From assembly GCA_951406725.2 (NCBI GenBank), contig OX597821.1, positions 97,464,001-97,528,000 on the forward strand: a stretch of 64,000 nucleotides of DNA. The letters run 5' to 3'. Of the stretch, positions 26,757 through 41,000 are shown piece after piece (the first letter of the stretch is position 1; every line of letters begins with the position of its first letter). Source of the DNA: Octopus vulgaris (lineage: Eukaryota). The position numbers and the translations under genes are program-made. Below the pieces are notes generated by a model, which was given only the letters and a program-made list of their open reading frames with translations, had not been told where the DNA came from and searched no databases.

Positions 26757-27048
26757 CGACAGGCTTCTTTCAGTTTCCGTCTACCAAATCCACTCACAAG
26801 GCATTGGTCGGCCCGGGGCTATAGCAGAAGACACTTGCCCAAGATGCCACGCAGTGGGACTGAACCCGGAACCATGTGGTTGGTTAGTGAGCTACTTACC
26901 ACACAGCCACTCCTGCGCCTATATATCTATATATAGCACCTGTATATCTATAAAGGATGAAGAATTGACATAATTGTGGTAATCCAATAACAAGATAATC
27001 CGAAAGCACTAACCAAACCAAGAATTAAAGTACTCCAAAGTATTTGTT

Positions 27049-27082
<34 letters not shown>

Positions 27083-30000
27083 AACCTATATATATTCTGT
27101 GTGTGTGTCTGCATGCATGTGTGTATCTATATGTGTGTCTCTACACACACAAACATGTTTTGGATTGTGTGTATGTGTTTTATGTACCCACATGTGGTAT
27201 CAAACTAACAAATCTAAGTTTTAGTCTAAAAATATTATTTGCTATACTCATGTATTTTTCATATCTTCTGTTTCCCACAGAACCCTAGTGCATCTCGAAG
27301 TGGTGGTCGTGTTGGGAACCATTTAATCTCTGGAGGAGGTCAGTCTATAGTAATATTATATCCTTTCCAGCTTTTTTGAAATTTTGTTTTTGAATTATAT
27401 TCTTGATCTTGTTGTTGCTGTTGTTATTATTATTATTATTATCATTATTATTATTAAGGCAGTGAGCTGGCAGAATTGTTAGCATGTTGATCAAAATGCT
27501 TAGTAGTATTTCGCCTGTTGCTATGTTCTGAGTTCAAATTCCGCCAAGGTTGACTTTGCCTTTCATCCTTTCAGGTTTGATAGATTAAGCACCAGTGAAA
27601 CACTGGAGTTGATGTAATTGACTGGTCCCCGCCCCGCAAATTTGAGGCCTTGTGCTTCCAATAGAAAGGTTTATTATTATTATTATCATTATCATCATCA
27701 TTATTATTATTATTATTATTGACTGGACTGGTGCAGCTTTCGGGCTCCCCAGACCCCAGTTGAACCGTCCAACCCATGCTAGCATGGAAAGCGGACGTTA
27801 AATGATGATGATGAAATTGGCAAGTTTGCAGAACTATTAATTGCATTTCATGCCTTTGTGTTCTGAGTTCAAATTTTATCAAGATTGACTTTGCCTTGCA
27901 TCCTTTCAGGGTCAATGAAATAAGTACCAGTTGAGTACTGGGGTTGGTGCAATCGACTTACCCCCCCCACCCCACCCCCAAAAAACTTGCTGGCCTTGTG
28001 CCAAAATTTGAAAACATTATTATTATTATTAAGGTGGCATGCTGGCAGAATTGTTAGCATGCTAGGCAAAATGCTTACAGTATTTCATTATGAGTTCAAA
28101 TTCCGCCAGGGCCAAGAAAATAAGTACCAGTTGAGCACTGGGATCAGTGTAATCAATTAACCCCTTCCCCCAAAAAAATTCCAGTCCTTGTACCTATAAT
28201 AGAAACAATTGGTATGCTGACAGATGTTAGCATGCGAGGCAAAATGCTGAGCAGCATTTTGTCCAGCTTTATGTTCTGAGTTCAAATTCCACAAAGGTTG
28301 ACATTGCTTTTCATCCTGGGGCCAATGTAATTGACTACCCTCTCCCCCCAACACATATATATATATATATATAACTATTGTAATGAAGAGAATAAATACA
28401 ATACAATGCAATGCAATCTATTGGGTTGTCCGGAAAGTTCATGCCGATTTATAGTAGCTTACCTTTCGACTTATTTTAGAACATGGTTGAGTCCATAAAA
28501 TAGGATTTGACTACACCTCCATTTAGAGCACAGTTTAAGCTATCTTTTCGTGGAAGAAGGTTTATGTTCCTATAATCTGTGTTAGTTCTGTAACCCTTTA
28601 AAATGGAAGATAAGAAAGTTCATTTTCGGCACTTGATGCTTTGGGAACCAGACAAAAATTGCTGCAGCTCGGCTGGGATGTGTTACCGCACCCTCCATAT
28701 CCACCAGATATTGCTCCTTTGGATTTCCACTTATTCAGGTCTCTGCAGAATAGTCTTAATGGTAAAAATTTCAATTCCTTGGATGACGTAAAAAGATACC
28801 TTGATGAATTCTTTGCCATGAAACCACCTCAATTCTGGGAAGAGGGTATTTTCAAGTTAAAGGAAAGATGGAGACGCATTGTGCAACAAAATGGTTCATA
28901 TTTGGTTGATTAAACAGAGAAGGGTGTCCATTCTGGTAGAAATTGGGAGTACAATGAGTATGTTAAAGACATTAAATCATTTGATTGAGGGCAATTTAAT
29001 TGCTATTTCAAGCATACTAAGCAGCTAGAAAGAGGTTCCATCACTGACTAAACAGTTTTTTTAATAAATAATCCAGGTACTACATTATTGAATGTTCTTC
29101 ATCACCATTTCATCTCAGTTACCATGTACTGTACTAATTTACAAAGTGTCAGGCAGGAAAACCACTTATCTGTCACTCAGACAAGTTATCTTAATGTTTT
29201 CATTATCTCCACTTAACAACGTTTGTCAGCCTATAAATTAAACACTGTTTTATAATTTATAGCTTTATTAATTTGCAATGACCTCCTCTCCTCCATCACC
29301 ATGGAGACAGCAACACCACAGAAATATTTTTGGTAGACAAATACATTTGGTACTTTGTATTATGCTCTGACAGTAAAGGAAGAAGTGTTACATTCTCTAT
29401 ACAGGTCTACAGACTGCATAACCCAGTATATAGACAAGATGGCTGACTAGACAAGACAGTGAACTACTTACACATAGGTCATGAGTTTACATCTGATGGA
29501 GATCTCAACAGAACATCAAATTCTACATTGCTTCTGTTCATGTAGTAGTTGCTGAGAATTTGGACCAGTTCAGTAGTGGAAACACTACTTAAGAAAGACT
29601 GGTGTTGTTTCTAGTGGGGAAATTTCTCCTTCACCTGTATCATATCATAAAACAGATCCACAGATGAACCTGCCGTCATTAAAAGCCTTTTGAAACCTCG
29701 TTTTTTTTTCTGCTGCATCCACGGATTCCCATGACTCTCTCTATTGCCATCCAATTCCATTATTTTGAATTTGAATTGAAAGCTTGAGTCTTTGTGAATC
29801 TTCCATTAGCTGATTACACAGCAATGGATGCCACCCCAATGGATGTGTTGCAATTACTCCCTTGATAGAGCTTAGTGATCCTGACTGCTGATCTTCTAGG
29901 ATTCCTCTGCTCAGCATCATTTTAAGAAGCACGGCTGGCTCATTTGAGCTCTTCCACCACCTCATCACAGTCTGTCATACTGCAGTCCCATGACTTTGCT

Positions 30001-33000
30001 GTATCCCAGGTAGGGTGACTGAATGGGTACTCTGCCTTGCCAAAGGGCAATCTGTAACAATGCAGGGCTCAGTCATCACTTCATGAGGTATTTACAAAGT
30101 ATCCGCATAACCAATGAGTGCTTAGAAGATATGTATCTTTAGACTTACAGTATATTTCTAACATAGCCACTAGTCAAAAATGTTTTAATTTGTATTATTA
30201 TTTTTGTGGAAGGTGTTTGTAAGCCATTTAAGAAACATACAAAAGCCGTTCGATTCACTTCAACATTTAAGTTTAATTTGTCAAAATATTTTCGTCGCTT
30301 TAAGACCGCAACCTGTTCACTGACAAAAATCCGTTGAAGTGAATCGAACGGCTTTTGCGTGTTTCTTAAATGGCTTACAAACACCTTCCATGCTGCAATT
30401 GTTTTCGTTTCAGCACACAATCTCAGATCAAATCACTTGCTATGCAAGTACATCTCCGTAATATTATTTTTGTCTTTTTTCATTTTCTGAGAAGTTAAGT
30501 CTACTTCCAACAGCAGCCATAGACTCATGGGGCTGGAGCTTAACTGAATTTTCAAGGCATTCAGGCTAATATTCCTCCGTCTCTCTCTTAAAGGGACTCT
30601 AGCAAAGTCAAGCCCCAGTTGCCATTGAGTGTTCTGTGACAATGTGAAATGAAGAGCCTAGCTGAAGGACACAATGTACTACCCAAACTGAAAATCTAAG
30701 CCACACACTATCACAGTTTGAGAAGTGAAGAATGCATAATCAATTTGATTGAACTGATATTTAATTAATTAACTCTGAAAGCATAAAAGGCAAAGTCAAA
30801 CCCAGATAAATTTGAACATAAGATGGAAAGGGATGACTCTAAATACCACAATGTTCTTTCATAAATGCTATACTGTCTCTGCTAATCCAGTGTTCTTTGC
30901 AGCAACAGTTATCAACACAATACAAACAACAACATTCCTTTCTACTATAGACAGGTGCTTGGTTCCTGGAAGTTAAGCACATTATTCCTGATGTGGAAAG
31001 CCTACAGCAACTGGATTGGTGAACTAGAATTAGGTGAAAAGCTGATAAGAGTGATTGTTAACAACCAATGGTAGATCTCTCTGAAGAGAGAAATATTGGT
31101 TTAAAATTTTGGCACAAGGCCAGCAATTTGAGGGAGGGAGTAAGTTGATTATATTGGCCCCAGTGATCAACTGGTACTTATTTTATTGACTCTGAAAGAA
31201 TAAAGGGCAAAGTCGACCTCAGCAGAATTTGAACTTAGAAGGTGGATGAAAAGCCTCTAAGCATTTTGCCTGACATGGCAACAGTTCTTATTTCTTTACT
31301 GCCCATAAGGAGCTACACACAGAGGGGATGAACAAGGACAGACAAATGGATTAAATCGATTACATCGACCCCAGTGCATAACTGGTACTTAATTTATCGA
31401 CCCCCAAAGGATGATAGGCAAAGTCGACCTCGGCGGAATTTGAACTCAGAACGTAGTGGCAGACGAAATACCGCTAAGCATTTCACCCGGCGTGCTAACA
31501 TTTCTGCCAGCTCGCCACCTTTGAAGAGAGAAATATTAGAAAAGAGTACACATTAACCAGGACAAGTTGGTGGGTTTGCAACTCAGCACGAGGAGAAGGA
31601 AGTCCACATCAACCAATGTTGTGGGTCTCTGGACAACTAGTTAAGATGCACAGAGCCTAGTTCAGTCTGAATATACAGCTAGATAGAAAACTGCAATGAG
31701 GTTCAATCAGAGTGGTCATTCTCACCTAGAAACGGTCTGAGAGGAAGGCGGCGAGCTGGCAGAATCGTTAGCATGCCGGGCGAAATGCTTAGCGGTATTT
31801 CGTCTGCGTTACGTTGTAAGTTCAAATTCCGCCGAGGTCAACTTTGCCTTTCATCCTTTCGGGGTCGATAAATTAAGTACCAGTTACGCACTGGGGTCGA
31901 TGTAATCGACTTAATACCTATGTCTGTCCTTGTTTGTCCCCTCTGTGTTTAGCCCCTTGTGGGTAGTAAAGGAATAGGTCTGAGAGGAAGCTCCTGAAAA
32001 GTTTAGTAGAGATGGTGAATGCATACATAACCTTCTGCATATATTACTTCCTCACAGATAGTACTACCTCAGCATTCACCTGAGCAGGCTAAATGCCTGC
32101 TCTTTTGATTGTTATGGAAGGGACATATCCCATTATTCAGAAAGCCCATTTGCCAGCAACATCTGTTGCATAGACAGCCTGGTATGATGTGGCAAGCTGG
32201 CAGAGACGTTAGCACGCCGGGCGAAATGCTTAGCGGTATTTCATCTGCCGTTACGTTCTGAGTTCAAATTCCGCCGAGGTCGACTTTGCCTTTCATCCTT
32301 TCGGAGTCGATAAATTAAGTACCAGTTACGCACTGGGGTCGATATAATCGACTTAATACCTATGTCTGTCCTTGTTTGTCCCCTCTGTGTTTAGCCCCTT
32401 GTGGGTAGTAAAGAAATAGGTATGATGTGACTGATGATGTGCATCTACAGAGGTCCCTGAATGATATGTAGTTATAGTTATTGTGTTAGGCTTATATTTC
32501 GACAATTAGTTGTTTATTTTTCTTTGATGGAGTTGCAGTTTTTATGTCAGGTAAAGACCAAGTTAAGTGCCTGGTATCTGGAATGCTGTCTCTTTGTTAT
32601 TAAGGTGATACAATCCATAGACATTCCACCAACTGTCTTGCTCTATCATAGCTACATATAGAAAATTAGAGGTGAAAAAGAGCAGCAACATTCTCGGAGA
32701 AGCTATGGATGCTGATGAGAATGATCCAACTAGAGGTTATTGATAACTTCCTGAAATCTTTGGCCTGGCACTACCAGTTCAAGATAAATTCTACAGAGTG
32801 TTGTTGTTGTTGTTATTCAAGGTGGTAAAGTGGCAGAATTGTTAGCGTGTTGAACAAAATGCTTAGCAGTTTTTCTTCCAGTTCTCAGCATTCTGAGTGC
32901 AAATTCTGCCAGGATTGACTTTGCGTTTCATCCCTTCAAGACTAAAAACATGAAGTACCAGTTAGATACTGGGATCAATGTAATTGATTAACCCCCTCCC

Positions 33001-33034
33001 CCAAAGTTCGGGCCTTGTGCCTATAGTAGAAAGG

Positions 33035-33078
<44 letters not shown>

Positions 33079-33303
33079 CAACGAGGCAAGCAGGCAGAAT
33101 TGCTAGCACACTGGTCAAAGTGTTTGGTGGCATTTTGTCCATCCTTAGGTTCTGCGTTTAAATTCCGCCGAGGTTGTCTTTGCCTTTCATACTTTTGAGG
33201 TCGATAAATTAAGTACCGGTCAAGTACTGGGGTTGATGTGATTGACTATTCCCCTCCGCTCAAATTCCAGGCCTTGTGCCTATAGTAGAAAGGATTATTA
33301 TTA

Positions 33304-33340
<37 letters not shown>

Positions 33341-33562
33341 AGGCAGTGAGGTGGCCTGCTGGCAGAATCATTAGCAAGCCAGGCAGAATGCCTATCAGCA
33401 TTTCATCCATCCTTACGTTCTGAGTTCAAGTTGTGTCAAGGTTGATTTTTACCTTTCATCTTTTTGTGGTCAATAAATCAAGTACCAGTGAAACACTGGG
33501 GTCAATGTAATCGACTAGTCCTGTCCCCCCAAATTTCAGGCATTGTGCCTATAGTAGAAAGG

Positions 33563-33599
<37 letters not shown>

Positions 33600-34592
33600 C
33601 TGCAAGTTGGCATGCTGGTCAAAGTGCTTAGTGGCATTTTGTCCATCTTTAGCTTCTGCATTCAAATACCACCAAGGTTGACTTATCCTCTTTTGGAGCA
33701 CTGAAGTCAATGGAATTGACTATCCTCCTCCCCCAAAATTTCAGGCCTTGTGCTTGTGGTAGAAATGGCTATTATTATTATTATTATTCAGTCTGTTCGG
33801 GAGAACTTCCGGGCCGGGGCCAATGGATAATTTCCAAAGGTCCCTCGCCTGGCAGTGCTACCGAGGGGCTCTGCCTGTTCGGGATAAATCTACCGGCACG
33901 GAAGTGCAGTCAGACGGACCTGCCCGAGGTACACCCAGGACGACAAAACTGTTCTGCACGTACTCATCCAGTGCCCGAGTATTGCTGAACTATGGATTTA
34001 TGTCGAACAGCTACTGTCGCGTATAGGAAGAATCCAGCTATCAGCTGAATCCATAGTAAGGATTGCCCCGCCGACCTCCTTTAACCGGGAGGGCAAAGCA
34101 GTTTTCCTTTGCCTAGTGGCTGTAGCGAAAGAGGTGATATGGTGGACCCGTTTGAAAGAGCTAAGGTCAGACACTTTCCTCTTTGGCCAAGGCCTCATCA
34201 ACTTTTTCAAGTTTCACTTGAAAAGGAAGATGAGAGTAGAGAGGGAAGTGATGTCTGGTAGCAAGTTTATTGAAAGGTGGGTGAATGTCGCAAGAATGGC
34301 CAGTATGAACGGACTGATTCTGAGGATACACCTGTGAGAATTAAAAGGAAATATAAAAGGAGAAAGGGTCTCTCTACCCACCTTTTGATCAGGCTCCTGT
34401 GGCTTTTATGGGTTTTTCCACGAGTAACCTTTCGAAGAGCCTCCCCCTATTGGGAGTTTTAATTGTTACTTATATTTCGTTGTTATCCTGCTTTTGTACA
34501 CGGACTTTTTCAAACGGACAAATCCCTTTGTAACTTTCATCCTGTGCTTTGTCTCTTTATGTTTTAATTGATTGTGGCCAATAAACGAACGA

Positions 34593-34624
<32 letters not shown>

Positions 34625-37600
34625 ATGCAGTTTGATGGCATAATTTTAAAAGAAGCAGACAAAATACTATACTGTGTTACGTTACGGTCCATTACACTCT
34701 GAGTCCAAATCATGCCAAGTTGAACTTTGTCGTGACATCCTTCTAGGTTGGTAAAATAAGTGCCAATCAAATACAAAGGATGAAAGGCAAAGTTGACCTC
34801 GGCGGAATTTTAACTCAGAACGTAACGGCAGACGAAATAACTATTTCTTTACTACCCACAAGGTGCTAAACACAGAGAGGACAAACAAGGATAGACAAAC
34901 AGATTAAGTCGATTATATCAACTCCAGTGCACAACTGGTACTTATTCTATCAACCTCGAAAGGATGAAAGGCAAAGTCGACCTCGGCAGAATTTGAACTC
35001 AGAACATAACAGCAGACGAAATACCGGTAAACATTTCGCCTGGTGTGCTAACGTTTCTGCCAGCTAGCTCGCTGCCTTAAAGGAACAATTATAATCAGCT
35101 GTACCTTCCACCTACTAACTATTATGGCTTCATAGCTATATCTATTAGAAATCATTACTGGTATAACAGTGACAGTGCCTCTCTCTCTCTCTCTCTCTTA
35201 TCTATCTATCTATCTGTCTGTCTGTCTCATTGGTCTGTCTCTCTATTGAATAGCTCTGAATGCTCAACTGACAGTTGTTGACCGACCAACCACTCAGCAA
35301 GGATTAGGGACCATGAAAACTGGCTTTAGAGGTAAGTATTACAAATTGTCAACTTATTCACTAAAGCTGGACTCACTGACAAAGGAGTGGTGACAAAATT
35401 AAAAACCTTCTAAAAGTATTTCACCAATTGTATTAAGGGTTTTGTGTTTTTTTCCTTTTAGCATTTTCTTTCCTCTTTACTCTTTTACTTGTTTCAGTCA
35501 TTTGACTGCGGCCATGCTGGAGCACCGCCTTTAGTCGAGCAAATCGACCCCGGGACTTATTCTTTGTAAGCCCAGTACTTATTCTATCGGTCTCTTTTGC
35601 CGAACCGCTAAGTAACAGGGACATAAACACACCAGCATCGGTTGTCAAGCAATGCTAGGGGGACAAACACACACACACACACATATATATATATACATAT
35701 ATACGACAGGCTTCTTTCAGTTTCCTTCTACCAAATCCACTCACAAGGCATTGGTCGGCCCGGGGCTATAGCAGAAGACACTTGCCCAAAATGCCACGCA
35801 GTGGGACTGAACCTGGAACCATGTGGTTGGTTAGCAAGCTACTTACCACACAGCCACTCCTGGTCTTTGTTCTCCCACTTTTCATTCATTATTGTTGTTG
35901 TCATCATCCTCATCATTGCCATCATCATCACAATTATTGTTGCATTCATAATTATAATCTTCTGGGAAATATAACTGTGTTGTCAGATAAATTCATTCAT
36001 TTTTTTTCTTCTACAAGGCACTCCATCACCATATGTCTGAAAAGAGGTAAAATTTATTCAAATTTCAAAAATGATAGAGGAAGAACTGAGCCTTAAAAAA
36101 AAAGGGGGCAAAAAATCCAATGATAAAAATAAATTTTATGATGATTCAAATAATTTTTAAAAGGTTTATAATAAATTGGGGAAAGAAATGAAAATTATCT
36201 CACAATCCGATACTTTTCTTGGAAACAAGTGAAGATTGACGGCTGGAAGAACATCCAGCCATAGAAAATTATCTCATCAAATTTCGTCTGACACAAACAA
36301 GTGAGGGAAAATGGATATTAAGACAATGATAGTGGTAACCTTAGATTTCAATCAGTTTCATCTCTGATCATCTTTCGGTATCTGATTAGGAAATGTATTT
36401 GAACCAGGAATTGTTATGCCTAAACAGGCGCTAATAATGTTTTTAATCCATGGAAGCATGGTCACATGTAGGAATGAACTGACGAAATATATACTCTTCT
36501 GTTTTGTCAACCTTTAGGTCCACAGAGACAGGTGCAAGATCGAACCTATTACCTTGGGTTAATAAGGTGAGAAAACTATTCTAGTTTCACACTAAAACAA
36601 ACTGTTGTTGTTGTTGTTATTGTTGTAGTCGTTGCTGTTGTTGTTGTTGTTGAATAAGTTTCTCTTAAAAGATGGACGATCTTATAAAGAGAAGCAGAAT
36701 CAGATGTATCACAAAGTATCACCTTAGCCATTGTCTGGGCAGATGTATTGGAAGGCGGCGAGCTGGCAGAAACGTTAGCACGCCGGGCGAAAGGCGTAGC
36801 CATATTTCGTCTGCCGTTACGTTCTGGGTTCAAATTCCGCCATGGTCGACTTTGCCTTTCATCCTTTCGGGGTCGATAAATTAAGTACCAGTTATGCACT
36901 GGAATCGATGTAATCGACTTAATCCGTTTGTCTGTCCTTGTTTGTCCCCTCTATGTTTAGCCCCTTGTGGGTAGTAAAGAAATAGATGTATTGGATTAAC
37001 ACTTTACCTTTTAAACTGGCGATTTCTAACCCAAATAACCCACATGTTTTATGTTTAAACTTGCCAGTTCAGGCCTCCCGCACATACCCTACACTGTCCG
37101 TTCTTAAAATAAACAATCACATCATCGAAACTACGAGATAAAGTATGATTAAATCAAAACAATACGAATAAATAAACATTACATTTGACAGAGAAATCTG
37201 AATGAAAGGATTAAGGTGAGCAGAGTTATGTCCCTTACACTAGAACATAAGATTGCCATTGAAGTTAGTGAATATTCTTTTTGGCTTTCCAAATTATTGA
37301 TCGTTTTCAAAATTATTTGAGAGATAGACATTAGAAATAACGTTCAAAAAGGACATCCTGCACACGTGTGGAAAAGCTATCATGACTCTACCATGTTGTG
37401 ATATAAAAAAAGACATTGATAATAATAATAAAAGAATAAGAAAATTTATTTTAACCAACGTCAGTTTGGAATAGTTCTAAACTGTGAATGCTTGTGGCAC
37501 AGGATATTTGGGTGTTTGAATTATGTTCATTTGGCCACAGTAGCGCATTATATTCTTGAGCAAGGCACTTCACTTCAAGTTTCTACAGACCACTCTACTG

Positions 37601-38023
37601 AGAATTAGCTTCAGCAACATCTGGAGTTGGGGTAGCCTTGTAATGAACTAGCATCTTGTTCAGCGGTTAGTCTTGTACTCTCCGTTGCTTAAACACCACA
37701 GAAAGCAGGATAAACTCCAGCCTAATGGACCTTTCGATTTGAGACAAACTTTAATGTTTTAACTTTTTGCTTGTTTGATGAGTAATATGGTCAAGAATAT
37801 GTTTTGAATACTGAAATAGAATGTCTTTGCCTAAGTTGGAAATAATAAAATGCTTTGGTATGGAATAGTATATAATATAATAATAATGATTTTGAATTTT
37901 GCCACAAGAACAGCAATTTTGTAGGAGGGGATAAGTCGATTACCTCGACCCCAGTGTTCAACTGGTATTTATTTTATCAACTCCAAAAGGATGAAAGGCA
38001 ATGTCGACCTCAGCAAAATTTGA

Positions 38024-38062
<39 letters not shown>

Positions 38063-41000
38063 TTAGCTCTTTCTATTATTGGCACAAAAAGCTTAAAATT
38101 TTAGCAAAGGGGTCTCATCAGTTACATCAACCCCAGTGTTCAATTGGTACTTATTTTATTGACCCTGAAAGGATGAAAGGGCAAAGACGACCCTGACAGA
38201 ATTTGAATTCAGAATGTAAAGCCAGAAAAAGAATGCTACTGAGCATTTTGTCCGACGAGCTGGAACAAATACCACAAGCCATCCTGTCTGATGTTCTTAC
38301 ATTCCTGCGAATCCACTGTCTTAGCTTGGTACTTTTTTAGCAACCACAAAAGAATGAAAGGCAAAGTTGATGCTGGCAGGATTTTAATTTGGAGCAGGGT
38401 GGGTCAGGGCAAGTAGCAAGAAGCATTCTCTCTGACATTCTAGTAGCTGCCAATTCACCACCTGAATTATAAATGATAATTTTATTTTATAAACCTGCCA
38501 GACTTCCCTGACACCTGTGCCAGTGGCACGTAAAAAGCACCCACTACACTCATGGAGTGGTTGGCGTTAGGAAGGGCATCCAGCTGTAGAAACACTGCCA
38601 GATCAGACTGGAGCCTGGTGCAGCCTCCTGGCTTCCCAGACCCTGGTCGATCCGTCCAACCTGTGCTAGCACCGAAAATGGACGTTAAACGATGATGATG
38701 ATGATGCTAATAATTCTGCCAGCTCACTGCCTTTGCCTTAATAATAATAACGATGATTATAATGATTTTGTTATATACAGTGTTCAGGTGCACTACAGTT
38801 TATAGGAAAAGGATAAAAGAGGCGACTGAATAGTAATAAGTCAAGTAAAGAATTAAAACAACAATTGCCCAAAAATGTATGTGCATAATGCACTAGAAAA
38901 CAGCAAAATAGAAATAATATTATATGTATTAGAAATGTAATTGAAATAATAATAATGATAATGATAAATGTCCTGATGCAGTACCTCGCAGTGGCTGTCA
39001 TGGTTTCTAATCTTAACTGGCTGGAAGTACTATCATGTACATGTTTTTTCTTGGTATAAAAAGATAGGCTACAGCAAATATTTTGCTCAATACCACAGAT
39101 TTGTTTGTCAGTTGTTTGACCTTAACCAATTGGGCATGTCCCTTTGTGACTGATGATATGTGCATCTCTGATCACGAGCAGGTGTAGTTGGGGAGCACCA
39201 CAACCATGTGCTGAGAAGATTTTCTTTGGGGCTTGAATAATTCACCTCTGGAAACATGGGTGGTTCTTTCAATATCCTTAAACAAACCTTATTCAGGACC
39301 TTTTGAATGGGATGGGCTGCTTGACTTGAACATTCTAACTGGGCCCTACCTGCAAGGTCATGCATTGTTTATCTTGATATGAGATCACCATGTTGTGCAC
39401 ATACAGTTGTGATGCATGTGCCTGGTGTATCCTTATCAGATAGGTAGTCATGATAGGTATATTGGACGTCATACATTTGCACCTCAGTGTCACTTTGATG
39501 GCATACACTGCTCTCTCACTCAATAATAATAATCCTTTCTGCTATTGACACAAGGCCTGAAATTTGTGGGGAGAGGTTAAGTTGATCACATCAACCCCCA
39601 GTACTTGACTGGTACTTAATTTATCAACCCCAGAAAAATGAAAGGCAAAGTCAATCTCAGTGGAATTTGAACTCAGAAGTTAGAGATGGACGAAATGTCA
39701 CTAAGCATCTAGCCCAGCATGCTAATAATTCTGCCAGCTTGCCACCTTAACAATCATCATCATCATCATCATCACTTAGCGTCCGCTTTCCATGCTTGCA
39801 TGGGTTGGACGGTTCAACTGGGGTCTGGGAAGCCAGAAGGCTGCACCAGGCCCAGTCAGATATGGCAATGTTTCTACGGCTGGATGCCCTTCCTAACGCC
39901 AACCACTCCGTGAGTGTAGTGGGTGCTTTTTACGTGCCACTGGAAAGGCATCCAGCCATAGAAACACTGCCAGATCAGACTGGGCCTGGCGCAGCCTTCT
40001 GGCTTCCCAGACCCCAGCTGAACCGTCCAACCCATGCTAGCATGGAAAACGGACATTAAACGATGATGATGATGATGATGATGATGAACACTTTTGAAAT
40101 AATTTATGTGAATGATGTCTTGTTGATGACTGAGGAAATACCAAAATACTTTTTCAGTTGGGGATCAATTTATATTCCAGACATCTTTCCCTGCTTTTAA
40201 AAATTTTTTTTATTTATTTGTTACCTCTGCCAATGAAGGAGGTTATATTTTCATCAGCATTGGTTTGTCTGTCTGTGTGCAAAATAACTCAAAAAGCTGT
40301 GAACGGTATTTGATGAAACTTACAGGAAAAATTGCTAATGACACAAGGAACAGATGATGAAATTTTGGTAGTGATCCAGGAATTTTTATGGATTCTTGAA
40401 GGATTTTTCATTTGTTATATTTACTTTACATGAAGTATAACAATGTTACGTTCTTTGATTATCTCCCTTGAAAACACATTCATCGTTTCTATGGTGGCGT
40501 TGCTATTTCCAAAGTTTATTTTCATTTCTCTATTAGTAATTTTACTCGCGTATCTATCTTAAAATGAGCTGCTTGGTGGAGGTCTGCGCTCTCTGAGTGT
40601 TTTTCTAATTTTATTTATTTTTTTTTTATTTATTCTGCATCTTCTCTCACTTTGTGTTTTGCATACCCTAATATTCAAATGAGAAATTTTGTCTGTTTTA
40701 GGGCAAAGAATAATGAGTTGTCTGCTGAGATTTCTAAGCTAAAAAAAGAAGTCGAGGTCATCAATGAAGAGAATTCCAGTTATCTGTCCTATGAGAAAAG
40801 GTAGTTGTTTTGCAGAATCCTTTCTTTGCTGATTGTTTAAAATACAATATTTTTTATTCTCTCCTCAACACACACACTCTCTCTCTCTCATACACACACA
40901 CGCATAGATATATACACATGGTGTGCAAGGGAAACGACTGCACTGGTATGATCATGTATTGCATATGGAGGAGGACAGCTGTGTGAAGAAGTGTCACACC

